DNA from: a phage
Length of the DNA stretch: 64,000 nucleotides
Sequence record: PZ154895.1
Direction: 5' to 3' (one strand)
Part shown: positions 1 through 9,458 of the stretch, piece after piece
How positions within the stretch are numbered: position 1 is the first letter of the stretch
How the letters are laid out: each line of letters starts with the position of its first letter
Notes under the pieces: generated by a model
Database searches by the model: none
What the model saw: only the letters and a program-made list of their open reading frames with translations
Told to the model about the DNA's origin: nothing
Program-made: the position numbers and the translations under genes

Positions 1-1
1 C

Positions 2-217
2 AATGCTCCTTTTACTTTCTATAAAGTTCTTACAAATAATGGTAAGATTGAGTATGATCGTCCACTAATTGTATCTCTTGCTAAACGAGCTGGATTCACA
101 TCTCTTAACATTCGTTATCCAGTCATTTTCATTAATGATTCTAGACAAAAGAACATTAAACACTTCAAAGAAACTCTCATTTCACTTGGATATGATAGAG
201 ATATCATAGAAGACTAA
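2..217 (+). CDS. 3' end of a glutaredoxin-like protein (NrdH-like), partial at window edge
   Basis: Frame open from window edge to TAA 215-217; tail ...RYPVIFINDSRQ...LISLGYD resembles glutaredoxin C-terminus; lies upstream of the gene 55 cluster. Confidence 0.4.
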   Translation, partial: NAPFTFYKVLTNNGKIEYDRPLIVSLAKRAGFTSLNIRYPVIFINDSRQKNIKHFKETLISLGYDRDIIED

Positions 218-218
218 G

Positions 219-241
219 ACGGGCCCTCTGGGCCTTTCTTT
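219..241 (+). terminator. GC hairpin (GGGCCC-tct-GGGCC) followed by T-rich run
   Basis: Inverted repeat directly after stop codon, then TTTCTTTCT. Confidence 0.45.
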
Positions 242-313
242 CTCACATTCTGTATATTACCATTCTAACTATCATTCACTTCTTATCATTCCCTAAAATA
301 ATTTCACAAAGTT

Positions 314-343
314 GTTTACAACAAGTTCAAACTGTGGTATTAT
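314..343 (+). promoter_or_regulatory. T4-type early promoter (GTTTACA, 17-18 nt spacer, TGnTATTAT)
   Basis: GTTTACA at 314-320, extended -10 TGGTATTAT at 335-343, about 30 nt before ATG 374. Confidence 0.6.
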
Positions 344-373
344 TAACATATGAATTGCCTTTGAGGATTTGAT

Positions 374-556
374 ATGGTTGTGGTTGATAAAGAAATTAAA
401 AAGGGACAATATTATTTTATTAATGGTAATGTTGTTCGTGTTACTTACGTAAACGGTTTTGAAGTTTATTATCTTATACTCAAGTTACATAAACAGATGA
501 TTTGTGATCGTGCTGTATTTAGTTCAGTTGCTAAGGAAATTAAACTCCATGGGTAA
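374..556 (+). CDS. hypothetical protein, 60 aa
   Basis: ORF directly downstream of early promoter; stop overlaps next start. Confidence 0.4.
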   Translation: MVVVDKEIKKGQYYFINGNVVRVTYVNGFEVYYLILKLHKQMICDRAVFSSVAKEIKLHG

Positions 557-842
557 AACGTATCGTCGTAAAGATTTAAAAGTACGTGATTATGACTATT
601 TTGGAAAGCGCAAAGCTCCTGATGGTGTAAGTCATAAAGATATGGTTGAAAACATTTTTCGCTCTGATAAATGGCGTAGAATGAAAGGCATTGATTCAGA
701 AGTTAAAGATGAGCTAAATCGTCAATTACGTAGTGAAGTAAGAAAGTTGAAAAAATCAGTTTACATTGACGATGATTTTGATTATAATACTTCTCAACGA
801 GTTGCTAAGCGTAAATCAAACGAGTGCTATCGTTACAGCTGA
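549..842 (+). CDS. hypothetical basic protein, 97 aa
   Basis: ATG 549 overlaps stop of upstream ORF; track ORF 504 trimmed to this ATG. Confidence 0.4.
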   Translation: MGKTYRRKDLKVRDYDYFGKRKAPDGVSHKDMVENIFRSDKWRRMKGIDSEVKDELNRQLRSEVRKLKKSVYIDDDFDYNTSQRVAKRKSNECYRYS

Positions 843-849
843 GGAAAAT

Positions 850-981
850 ATGAATATCAAACGAATGCTTTTTAAACAAGGATTATACACTTTAAATGTT
901 GCTCCAAAAGGTGATACGACTAAGTGGTCAATAAATGACTGGATTAAATTCATTGATGAAAACGGTAACTGGAAAATTTAA
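850..981 (+). CDS. hypothetical protein, 43 aa
   Basis: GAGGAAA RBS then ATG 850; track ORF 766 trimmed. Confidence 0.35.
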   Translation: MNIKRMLFKQGLYTLNVAPKGDTTKWSINDWIKFIDENGNWKI

Positions 982-1182
982 ATGAATCCTGAATCTAAAT
1001 TATCGCAACGAATTGCTGAAGCTCGTCGCCAGTTCTTTGAAAATATGATATCTCAAGGTATTGATGACGAAGTTTTTCTAAACTGGTTTTGGAATCACAA
1101 ATATTCAAGTTGCTCAGGAGCAATATTAATATCAGCCGCAATGATGTACGAAGGCTGGAAGGGTGCCAAGAAGTTTAGCTAA
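982..1182 (+). CDS. hypothetical protein, 66 aa
   Basis: TAAATG overlap with upstream ORF; followed by terminator. Confidence 0.4.
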   Translation: MNPESKLSQRIAEARRQFFENMISQGIDDEVFLNWFWNHKYSSCSGAILISAAMMYEGWKGAKKFS

Positions 1183-1200
1183 GGGCTTCGGCCCTTTTTG
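1181..1200 (+). terminator. intrinsic terminator AAGGGC-TTCG-GCCCTT plus T run
   Basis: 6-bp GC stem, UUCG tetraloop, TTTTT. Confidence 0.8.
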
Positions 1201-1234
1201 GATAATAAAATTTTAATGTAATTGAGGATAATGT

Positions 1235-1561
1235 ATGACTATTCAAATTAAAAACGCCATCAATTCTTACGCATATGATAAAGTAGTTTCTTTGCTAGAA
1301 AAAGGCGATATTGTAACTCCTCAAATTTTGGATAAATGGGAAAAAGAGCTTCATCAGACGATGAAACAGAATGATCAGAAAATTGGACGCAATACTGTCC
1401 GTGAATTGTTGGTTCAATATATCTTGTCAGAATTTGATGTTAAAGCTTTTGGTGTAGAATCTAAAGCTTATCAAAAACATGAAATTTCCGATAAAACTAT
1501 TCGTCGTATGAAAAATCAACGCAAGAAAAAATTTGCTGACCTGAAAATTGCTAAGGTATGA
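1235..1561 (+). CDS. hypothetical protein, 108 aa
   Basis: ORF with AGGA RBS; gene-55-proximal small-ORF cluster. Confidence 0.5.
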   Translation: MTIQIKNAINSYAYDKVVSLLEKGDIVTPQILDKWEKELHQTMKQNDQKIGRNTVRELLVQYILSEFDVKAFGVESKAYQKHEISDKTIRRMKNQRKKKFADLKIAKV

Positions 1562-1779
1562 ATATGAACGAAGCTCTTATTAACGATTTGCGTCTTGCCG
1601 GATATGAAGTAAATACAAATGGCATTGGTTTAACTCAAATTGAAGGAAATGGATTCATCCTTGAGTATGAATTTAGCCAATGGTGGTTATACGCTAATTA
1701 TGGCGAATTGATTGAATACGTTGACCAATTTGATTCACTAGATGCAGCTCTTGAAGCGGCTAAGTTGATGAATGTATGA
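1558..1779 (+). CDS. hypothetical protein, 73 aa
   Basis: Start overlaps upstream stop (ATGA). Confidence 0.45.
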   Translation: MNMNEALINDLRLAGYEVNTNGIGLTQIEGNGFILEYEFSQWWLYANYGELIEYVDQFDSLDAALEAAKLMNV

Positions 1780-2045
1780 AATTTATTAATATTTCTATTA
1801 CTATTGAAAATTATGGAATTTTCTATGTTGATCAATACATGAAAATTTCATTTTTCCCAAATAAGACTGGTGTTGGATATTGGGAAAGCCATGTTTCTGA
1901 ATTAAATGAAAGTGAATATGCTAGCACACATGAAAAGTTTTTAGACTTTTTATATCATGCTGATTTAACTAGTCATTATATAGATATTCATGAATTTAAA
2001 AAGATGATGGAGAAAGTGTTCCAAGCATACTGCTTACTTAGATAA
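1776..2045 (+). CDS. hypothetical protein, 89 aa
   Basis: Start overlaps upstream stop (ATGA). Confidence 0.45.
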   Translation: MKFINISITIENYGIFYVDQYMKISFFPNKTGVGYWESHVSELNESEYASTHEKFLDFLYHADLTSHYIDIHEFKKMMEKVFQAYCLLR

Positions 2046-2057
2046 CTGATATCCTCT

Positions 2058-2094
2058 ATGCTTTAAGATAGATCTTCAAATATTATGATATAAT
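2058..2094 (+). promoter_or_regulatory. candidate MotA-dependent middle promoter upstream of gene 55
   Basis: aTGCTTtA MotA-box-like at 2058-2065 and TATTAT/TATAAT about 17-25 nt downstream. Confidence 0.3.
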
Positions 2095-2123
2095 AGATCT
2101 ATGAATTGAGCTAAGAGGTGAAA

Positions 2124-2681
2124 ATGTCAGAAACTAAGCCTAAATATAATTACGTAAACAATAAAGAGCTTTTACAAGCTATTATTGATTGGAAAACAGA
2201 ATTAGCAAATAATAAAGACCCAAATAAAGTAGTTCGTCAGAATGATACTATCGGATTAGCCATTATGCTTATTGCAGAAGGTTTATCTAAACGTTTCAAC
2301 TTTTCAGGATACACCCAGTCTTGGAAACAAGAAATGATTGCAGATGGTATAGAAGCTTCTATTAAAGGACTTCATAATTTTGATGAAACGAAATATAAAA
2401 ACCCACATGCATATATAACTCAAGCTTGTTTTAATGCATTCGTCCAACGTATTAAAAAAGAACGTAAGGAAGTTGCAAAGAAATACAGTTACTTCGTTCA
2501 CAATGTCTATGACAGTCGTGACGACGATATGGTTGCGTTAGTAGATGAAACTTTTATTCAAGACATCTACGATAAAATGACGCATTACGAAGAATCAACC
2601 TATAGAACACCGGGGGCTGAAAAGAAAAGTGTTGTAGACGATTCTCCTAGTTTGGATTTTTTATATGAGGCTAACGATTAA
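2124..2681 (+). CDS. 55: gp55, sigma factor for late transcription
   Basis: 185 aa; [20 protein letters not shown]... matches T4 gp55 as recalled; AAGAGG RBS; track GTG start at 2118 trimmed to ATG. Confidence 0.93.
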
Positions 2682-2883
2682 CCTCTCCGGATTCTTGGAA
2701 GAAATACCTGAAGTTGAAGCTATTCCCTATTTACTTAAAATGTATCTCAGGGAAGTTTTAGCTCTTGACATTGATATTGATCCAGAAAATCCGTATGATA
2801 CCGCTTTTAAATCTAATGGTGTAGAATTAAACTATCGGTATCATTTAACAGATGATGATTTTTATTTTATATTAGAGAAATAA
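2665..2883 (+). CDS. hypothetical protein, 72 aa
   Basis: ORF overlapping 3' end of gene 55. Confidence 0.4.
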
Positions 2884-2884
2884 T

Positions 2885-3202
2885 ATGACTGATAAACCCG
2901 AAATTAATGATGAAGTGGAAAAGCTTATTTCTTCTATTGAAGAAAAGAACCGTCTTGAAGCAGAAAGAAAAGCAAATAAGTTATTGTCTAAAAATAAACG
3001 CGAACTGAACCGTCTTTATAAGCACGCTCAGATTGCAGCTGAAAACAATAATTTCGCTCAATACGAATATGCTATCAAGAAAAGTCGGGATATTCTAAAA
3101 CAGCCATATAACGATGAACTCATTAGTATTCTTTGGAAGACTACTAGATCGCAGATTGAGGATATGATTGATGCTTACACGCGTAAAATTCAAGCGTCTT
3201 AA
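2885..3202 (+). CDS. hypothetical coiled-coil protein, 105 aa
   Basis: ORF starting 1 nt after upstream stop. Confidence 0.5.
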   Translation: MTDKPEINDEVEKLISSIEEKNRLEAERKANKLLSKNKRELNRLYKHAQIAAENNNFAQYEYAIKKSRDILKQPYNDELISILWKTTRSQIEDMIDAYTRKIQAS

Positions 3203-3374
3203 AATTAATGCAGGATTTACTGAATCTTTGAATGGTCATCTTTGCGTGAAAATTTCTGAAAAAGAATACCATGATAGTTCAATTAAAGAAGTTAATCCTC
3301 CTATTGTAAGAGCAGACCCTAATATGAAAGTGTGGGTTGATTCCTATCAAGTCAAAAAATGGTGGCAGCTGTGA
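3168..3374 (+). CDS. hypothetical protein, 68 aa
   Basis: Six-frame ORF overlapping upstream ORF by 35 nt. Confidence 0.3.
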   Translation: MMLTRVKFKRLKINAGFTESLNGHLCVKISEKEYHDSSIKEVNPPIVRADPNMKVWVDSYQVKKWWQL

Positions 3375-3377
3375 AAG

Positions 3378-3551
3378 ATGAACACCCAGACTTCTGAAAT
3401 AGATTATAATAAAATTCGTTCCTCTAAAGTAGAAATGATGAGGCGCTTTAAAGAGTCTCATGATAAAGCTAAAGCAGAAGGAACTATAACACATAAACGT
3501 ATAAAATTTAGAAGCTCTAATGAGCCTCTGTATGGCGTATTATGTGGATAG
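3378..3551 (+). CDS. hypothetical basic protein, 57 aa
   Basis: ATG 3378 to TAG 3549-3551, immediately followed by terminator; not in ORF track (under 60 aa). Confidence 0.3.
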   Translation: MNTQTSEIDYNKIRSSKVEMMRRFKESHDKAKAEGTITHKRIKFRSSNEPLYGVLCG

Positions 3552-3570
3552 GAGCTTCGGCTCCTATATT
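3551..3570 (+). terminator. intrinsic terminator GGAGC-TTCG-GCTCC
   Basis: 5-bp stem, UUCG loop, T/A-rich tail. Confidence 0.6.
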
Positions 3571-3617
3571 GCTTTACAAATTTTTGGTAAAATAAACCAA
3601 AACAATGAGGATATTAA

Positions 3618-4820
3618 ATGAAAGTATGCATTTTTATGGCTCGAGGTCTTGAAGGTTGTGGCGTAACTAAATTTTCTCTTGAGCAACGTGATTGGTTTAT
3701 TAAAAATGGTCATGAAGTAACTTTGGTTTATGCTAAAGATAAATCATTTACTCGTAATTGCGCACATGATTATAAGTCATTTTCAATTCCGGTTTTATTG
3801 GCAAAAGAATACGATAAAACACTTAAGTTGGTAAATGATTGTGATATTCTAATTATCAATTCAGTTCCTGCTACTTCAGTAGAAGAAGACACTATTAATA
3901 ACTATAAAAAAATTATTGATAACATTAAACCTTCAGTTCGTGTTGTAGTTTATCAGCATGACCATTCTTCTCTTTCTTTGCGCCGAAATTTGGGATTAGA
4001 AGAAACTGTTCGTCGAGCTGATGTTATTTTTAGTCATTCTGATAATGGTGATTTTAATAAAGTTCTGATGAAAGAATGGTATCCGGAAACTGTTTCTCTG
4101 TTTGATGATATTGAAGAAGCACCGACCGTATATAACTTTCAGCCTCCTATGGATATTGCGAAGGTTCGATCAACTTACTGGAAAGATGTTTCTGAAATTA
4201 ACATGAATATCAACCGTTGGATTGGTCGTACTACTACATGGAAAGGCTTTTATCAGATGTTTGATTTTCACGAAAAACATCTTAAACCTGCAGGACTAAG
4301 TACTATTATGGAAGGTCTGGAACGTTCTCCAGCGTTCATTCCTATTAAAGAAAAAGGAATTCCATACGAGTATTATCGTCTTCATCAAGTAGACCAAATT
4401 AAAATTGCTCCTAATTTGCCAACGCAAATTCTCGACCGTTATGTAAATAGCGAAATGCTTGAACGCATGAGTAAATCCGGATTTGGTTATCAGCTGAGTA
4501 AATTAGATAAAAAATATCTACAACGTTCTTTAGAATATACTCATCTCGAGCTTGGTGCATGCGGAACAATTCCAGTATTTTGGAAATCTACTGGCGAAAA
4601 TTTAAAATTCCGTGTTGATAATACTCCGTTAATTTCTCATGATAGCGGTATCGTTTGGTTTGATGAAAATGACATGGAATCAACATTTGAGCGTATTAAA
4701 GAACTGTCATCTGACCGAGCTCTTTATGACCGTGAACGCGAAAAAGCTTATGAATTTTTGTATCAGCATCAAGATTCAAGCTTCTGCTTTAAAGAACAGT
4801 TTGACATTATTACAAAATAA
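3618..4820 (+). CDS. a-gt: DNA alpha-glucosyltransferase
   Basis: 400 aa; near-identical along its length to T4 alpha-gt as recalled (ends ...SSFCFKEQFDIITK). Confidence 0.95.
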   Translation: MKVCIFMARGLEGCGVTKFSLEQRDWFIKNGHEVTLVYAKDKSFTRNCAHDYKSFSIPVLLAKEYDKTLKLVNDCDILIINSVPATSVEEDTINNYKKIIDNIKPSVRVVVYQHDHSSLSLRRNLGLEETVRRADVIFSHSDNGDFNKVLMKEWYPETVSLFDDIEEAPTVYNFQPPMDIAKVRSTYWKDVSEINMNINRWIGRTTTWKGFYQMFDFHEKHLKPAGLSTIMEGLERSPAFIPIKEKGIPYEYYRLHQVDQIKIAPNLPTQILDRYVNSEMLERMSKSGFGYQLSKLDKKYLQRSLEYTHLELGACGTIPVFWKSTGENLKFRVDNTPLISHDSGIVWFDENDMESTFERIKELSSDRALYDREREKAYEFLYQHQDSSFCFKEQFDIITK

Positions 4821-4838
4821 AGGGCTTCGGCCCTTTAG
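4821..4838 (+). terminator. intrinsic terminator AGGGC-TTCG-GCCCT
   Basis: Directly after a-gt stop. Confidence 0.75.
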
Positions 4839-4859
4839 CTTTATACGGAGTTTGATATA

Positions 4860-5000
4860 ATGATATTTCTTGGATATGTGATACTTTTTCTAGCGTTTTA
4901 TTTGTTCACCAGAGCATGTTGGATTGGGTTCTTTAGTACTCCAGATGGATTTATTTCAATAATTTTATTTTGCATTTCAATGACGGTTCTTGATATATGA
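4860..5000 (+). CDS. hypothetical small hydrophobic protein, 46 aa
   Basis: GGAG RBS, ATG 4860; single predicted TM helix; not in track. Confidence 0.3.
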   Translation: MIFLGYVILFLAFYLFTRACWIGFFSTPDGFISIILFCISMTVLDI

Positions 5001-5620
5001 AAAAATATATAACTTATTTAACAATATATAGTGGAGATAAACTTCCTCCTTTTTATATTGGATCTACATCTTTAGACAGGCATTTAGCCGGATATCATGG
5101 ATCAGTTTTATCTAAAAAGTATAAGAAAATTTATAATGAAGAACTTTCAAATAACCCACATTTATTTGATTCATGCATTTTAGATGAATTTGATACACGC
5201 GAAGAAGCTATTAAATGCGAGCTATATTATCAACGTTTGCATGATGCGGTTAAAAATCCATTATTCTTTAATATGTCATATGCTGCTCCAAAAGGTTCAT
5301 TTGGAAGAGATATTAAAGGACAAAATCATCCATTATATGGTTCTCATAATTGTAAAGGAAACATACATTCACATGACCCATTAACAGGAAAATCTGCCTT
5401 TTTACCGTATATTCCAGAAGGTTATGTAAAAGGAAGGTCAAATAAATTTAAAGCTTCATCACATAATAAAGGTAAAAAATGGTATAATAACGGAGTTAAG
5501 CAAATGTTATGTCATGAACCTCCTGGTCCTGAATGGACAAAAGGAAAAATTAAAGAACTAGTTTCAAAAGCAGCTAAATTAGGATGGAAAAGACACCATG
5601 AAAATACTAAACTTGGGTGA
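4997..5620 (+). CDS. Seg-like (degenerate GIY-YIG) freestanding endonuclease
   Basis: 207 aa; N-terminal ITYL...PPFYIGST...R..H block and E..YYQ..NP.FFN block; paralogous to ORF 61737-62369. Confidence 0.5.
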   Translation: MKKYITYLTIYSGDKLPPFYIGSTSLDRHLAGYHGSVLSKKYKKIYNEELSNNPHLFDSCILDEFDTREEAIKCELYYQRLHDAVKNPLFFNMSYAAPKGSFGRDIKGQNHPLYGSHNCKGNIHSHDPLTGKSAFLPYIPEGYVKGRSNKFKASSHNKGKKWYNNGVKQMLCHEPPGPEWTKGKIKELVSKAAKLGWKRHHENTKLG

Positions 5621-6617
5621 TTGGCATTTAGGCGTTAAAGCTGATGATGAATGGATTCGCGGTATTCAAATTGATGGAATTAAGCAAGCGATAGAATATT
5701 CTAAGAAAAATGGAATTACTGTATGGATTCAATACGGTGATATTTTTGATGTACGAAAAGCGATCACGCATAAAACTATGGAGTTTGCCCGTGAAATAGT
5801 TCAAATGCTTGATGCCGCTGGAATCACATTACATACTATTGTAGGAAATCACGATCTCCACTATAAAAATGTAATGCATCCAAATGCTTCTACTGAGCTT
5901 TTGGCTAAATATCCTAATGTTAAAGTATATGATAAGCCTACTACAGTAGATTTTGACGGATGTTTGATTGATTTAATTCCTTGGATGTGTGAAGAAAATA
6001 CCGGTGAAATTCTTGAACACATCAAAACTTCATCTGCTTCTTTTTGTGTCGGTCACTGGGAGCTGAATGGATTTTATTTTTATAAAGGAATGAAATCTCA
6101 CGGTCTTGAACCTGATTTCCTTAAGACTTATAAAGAGGTGTGGTCTGGTCACTTCCATACTATCTCTGAGGCTGCTAACGTCAGATATATTGGGACACCA
6201 TGGACACTAACTGCAGGTGACGAGAATGACCCTCGTGGGTTCTGGGTGTTTGATACAGAAACAGAACGAATGGAATTTATTCCAAACAACACTACCTGGC
6301 ATCGTCGAATTCAATATCCATTTAAGGGAAAAATTGACTATAAAGATTTTACAAATCTATCAGTGCGTGTTATAGTAACTGAAGTAGACAAAAATCTAAC
6401 GAAGTTCGAATCTGAACTAGAAAAAGTTGTGCATTCATTACGAGTTGTGTCAAAGATTGATAACTCTGTCGAGTCAGATGATAGTGAAGAAGTTGAAGTT
6501 CAATCTCTTCAGACATTGATGGAAGAATACATTAATGCAATTCCAGACATCACTGATTCTGACCGTGAAGCACTTATTCAATATGCAAATCAGTTATATG
6601 TAGAGGCAACACAATGA
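5598..6617 (+). CDS. 47: gp47 recombination nuclease subunit (SbcD/Mre11-like)
   Basis: 339 aa; phosphoesterase motifs (GDWHLG, GNHD, GHWE, GHFH); synteny with gene 46. Confidence 0.93.
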   Translation: MKILNLGDWHLGVKADDEWIRGIQIDGIKQAIEYSKKNGITVWIQYGDIFDVRKAITHKTMEFAREIVQMLDAAGITLHTIVGNHDLHYKNVMHPNASTELLAKYPNVKVYDKPTTVDFDGCLIDLIPWMCEENTGEILEHIKTSSASFCVGHWELNGFYFYKGMKSHGLEPDFLKTYKEVWSGHFHTISEAANVRYIGTPWTLTAGDENDPRGFWVFDTETERMEFIPNNTTWHRRIQYPFKGKIDYKDFTNLSVRVIVTEVDKNLTKFESELEKVVHSLRVVSKIDNSVESDDSEEVEVQSLQTLMEEYINAIPDITDSDREALIQYANQLYVEATQ

Positions 6618-6877
6618 CTTTTGATGAATTTAAAAATGATATGATGAGTCAGCATTTTGAATGCGAAGTAAAAGATGATATTGGGCATAAAGAAATTATT
6701 GAATATTGGTTTGAACCGCTAGAAGTTGAAGATAATTGTATTAAAAAGGTTACGGTCTGTACTGACTGGGCTGTATCTTTTAACTTCAACATTTTAGATA
6801 ATGACACACCTAAATCATTACAAGATATGGCTGTATCTTGTATTAAGGATGCATACTGTGAAGTTTTCGACATTTGA
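6614..6877 (+). CDS. hypothetical protein, 87 aa
   Basis: ATGA overlap with gene 47 stop. Confidence 0.5.
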   Translation: MTFDEFKNDMMSQHFECEVKDDIGHKEIIEYWFEPLEVEDNCIKKVTVCTDWAVSFNFNILDNDTPKSLQDMAVSCIKDAYCEVFDI

Positions 6878-7064
6878 CATTAACGATGAATTCATAGCAA
6901 ATATTGATTACACCGAAGAAGATTCTAGATATGTTGGAATAATTTATATCACATCAAAAGCAGCACAAGGTGTTGTTTGCATGGCTGAATTTGATGAATA
7001 CTTTTTAGATTATGATGATATGATAGAATGGTCTAAAAGATACATTAAAAGGAATCTTTTGTGA
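6849..7064 (+). CDS. hypothetical protein, 71 aa
   Basis: Track ORF 6801 trimmed to ATG 6849; stop overlaps gene 46 start. Confidence 0.4.
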   Translation: MHTVKFSTFDINDEFIANIDYTEEDSRYVGIIYITSKAAQGVVCMAEFDEYFLDYDDMIEWSKRYIKRNLL

Positions 7065-8749
7065 AGAATTTTAAACTAAACCGAGTTAGGTATCAAAATA
7101 TAATGTCAGTAGGTGGAAATCCTATTGACATTCAACTAGATAAGGTTCAAAAAACTCTTATTACTGGGCGAAATGGTGGTGGTAAGTCTACTATGTTAGA
7201 AGCCATCACATTTGGGCTTTTTGGCAAGCCATTTCGTGATGTAAAGAAAGGTCAATTAATAAACAGCACAAATAAGAAAGAACTTTTAGTTGAACTGTGG
7301 ATGGAATATGATGAGAAAAAGTACTATATCAAAAGAGGACAAAAACCAAACGTTTTCGAAATCACCGTTAACGGTACACGTCTTAATGAATCTGCCAGCA
7401 GTAAAGATTTCCAAGCAGAATTTGAACAGCTTATCGGAATGTCATATGCCAGTTTCAAGCAGATTGTTGTCCTTGGTACAGCAGGGTATACCCCTTTCAT
7501 GGGTTTGTCGACCCCTGCGCGAAGAAAGCTTGTGGAAGACCTGCTCGAGGTAGGAACATTAGCTGAAATGGATAAGCTTAATAAAGCACTAATACGTGAA
7601 TTAAATTCACAAAACCAAGTGCTTGATGTTAAAAAAGATAGTATTATCCAACAAATTAAAATATATAATGATAACGTTGAACGCCAGAAAAAATTAACTG
7701 GTGATAACCTTACTCGTCTGCAGAACATGTATGATGATTTGGCAAAAGAAGCTAGAACGTTAAAATCGGAAATAGAAGAAGCTAATGAAAGATTAGTTAA
7801 TATTGTTTTGGATGAAGACCCGACTGATGCATTTAATAAAATCGGTCAAGAAGCATTTTTAATTAAATCAAAAATTGACTCGTATAATAAAGTCATTAAT
7901 ATGTATCACGAAGGTGGATTATGTCCAACCTGTTTGTCACAATTAAGTTCCGGTGATAAAGTTGTTTCTAAAATTAAAGATAAAGTTTCTGAATGCACGC
8001 ATTCATTTGAACAGCTTTCAACACATCGTGATAATTTAAAAGTTCTTGTTGATGAATACCGAGATAATATTAAAACCCAGCAGACGTTGGCAAATGATAT
8101 TCGCAATAAAAAGCAATCCTTAATCACGACGGTAGATAAAGCTAAAAAAGTTAAAGCGGCTATAGAAAAAGCATCATCTGAGTTTATTGACCATGCTGAT
8201 GAAATAGCACTGCTTCAAGAAGAACTTGATAAAATTGTTAAGACAAAAACTAATTTAGTAATGGAAAAATACCACAGAGGAATTTTGACTGATATGCTCA
8301 AAGATTCTGGTATTAAAGGTGCTATTATTAAAAAGTACATTCCATTATTTAATAAGCAGATTAACCATTATCTTAAAATAATGGAAGCGGATTATGTGTT
8401 TACATTAGATGAAGAATTTAATGAAACAATTAAATCCCGTGGTCGTGAAGATTTTAGTTATGCTTCATTTAGTCAAGGTGAAAAAGCACGAATTGATATT
8501 GCTCTTTTATTTACTTGGCGTGATATTGCTGAAAAAGTTTCAGGTGTTAAAATAAGCTGTTTATTTCTTGATGAAGTATATGACGGTGCATTTGATGCTG
8601 AAGGTATTAAAAATGTAGCTAAAATTTTAGATGGTTTGAAGGATACCAACTTCTTCATAATTTCGCATAAAGACCATGACCCACAAGAATATGGTCAGCA
8701 TATTCAGATGGAAAAAGTTGGTAGATTTAGTTTAGCTAAGATTAGCTAG
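7061..8749 (+). CDS. 46: gp46 recombination nuclease subunit (SbcC/Rad50-like ATPase)
   Basis: 562 aa, GTG start; Walker A GRNGGGKST, zinc hook CPTC, coiled coil, Walker B LFLDE. Confidence 0.93.
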   Translation: MKNFKLNRVRYQNIMSVGGNPIDIQLDKVQKTLITGRNGGGKSTMLEAITFGLFGKPFRDVKKGQLINSTNKKELLVELWMEYDEKKYYIKRGQKPNVFEITVNGTRLNESASSKDFQAEFEQLIGMSYASFKQIVVLGTAGYTPFMGLSTPARRKLVEDLLEVGTLAEMDKLNKALIRELNSQNQVLDVKKDSIIQQIKIYNDNVERQKKLTGDNLTRLQNMYDDLAKEARTLKSEIEEANERLVNIVLDEDPTDAFNKIGQEAFLIKSKIDSYNKVINMYHEGGLCPTCLSQLSSGDKVVSKIKDKVSECTHSFEQLSTHRDNLKVLVDEYRDNIKTQQTLANDIRNKKQSLITTVDKAKKVKAAIEKASSEFIDHADEIALLQEELDKIVKTKTNLVMEKYHRGILTDMLKDSGIKGAIIKKYIPLFNKQINHYLKIMEADYVFTLDEEFNETIKSRGREDFSYASFSQGEKARIDIALLFTWRDIAEKVSGVKISCLFLDEVYDGAFDAEGIKNVAKILDGLKDTNFFIISHKDHDPQEYGQHIQMEKVGRFSLAKIS

Positions 8750-9458
8750 GTTTATATTTACAGTTATCATTATGCCATCTTGATAAATTTCCGAAAGTGG
8801 TAACTTTACCACAATGGACGCAAGTACCAGTCTTTTCAGTTTTCTTGCGTCCATTTGGATTTTTCTTGCAGAAATTTCTATGCGCTGCGATAACGCATTT
8901 CTTGCCTATCATTCCACAGAATTCGCAGGATGTTTCTTCAAGAACGATTGCTTTAAGCCCGTTTGAGATATTATTTCTGTGTTCTTTAGACATTGGTGGT
9001 CTAACTTTAGGATTAGGGTGATTTGGACAGTTATCAAAATGCCAACGATTCATATTCCCGCTTAATCCAGACTTACCGCAATGAGGACAAGTTAGTCTTG
9101 CTTTATTAGCTACTGCATCAGACATTTTCTTTCGTGTCTCCTGGGAGAATTCTTTGTTCTTTTCTATTTCCCAGAGTTTACGACGAATCCAACCGAAAGT
9201 TTTATTGTTGCGTTTAGCGTATTTCGTGGAAACTGTCATCATGTTAGCAGCATAGACTAATTTTGGTTCAGAAGGATAAATTTTTACTAAAAGTTGATGA
9301 GCTACATAGTGCTCTTCTGGCGTTAAATCTACTAAGTTTGAAGCATCATCACTACCGTTTAAACAGCGTGGTATAATGTGATGAGATTCAGTATAGCAAT
9401 CAAGTTTTCGAGATTTAGCATTAGAGATTAACTTTTCATAAATTAGTTTATAATTCAT
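8742..9458 (-). CDS. HNH homing endonuclease with three C-terminal CxxC...W..DNC zinc-finger repeats
   Basis: 238 aa; HNH motif ESHHIIPRCLNGSDDASNLVDLTPEEHYVAH; opposite strand to flanking genes. Confidence 0.7.
   Translation of the reverse strand: MNYKLIYEKLISNAKSRKLDCYTESHHIIPRCLNGSDDASNLVDLTPEEHYVAHQLLVKIYPSEPKLVYAANMMTVSTKYAKRNNKTFGWIRRKLWEIEKNKEFSQETRKKMSDAVANKARLTCPHCGKSGLSGNMNRWHFDNCPNHPNPKVRPPMSKEHRNNISNGLKAIVLEETSCEFCGMIGKKCVIAAHRNFCKKNPNGRKKTEKTGTCVHCGKVTTFGNLSRWHNDNCKYKPS

Noticed and set aside
504-842. Long forms of several track ORFs beginning at GTG/TTG or far-upstream ATG (504, 766, 2118, 10879, 12748, 17739, 19821, 21821, 24821, 43315, 59559, 60738, 63339)
   Set aside because: The upstream extensions run through promoters, terminators or the preceding gene; each was trimmed to the first ATG with a Shine-Dalgarno site, which also restores the known T4 N-termini where I could recall them.
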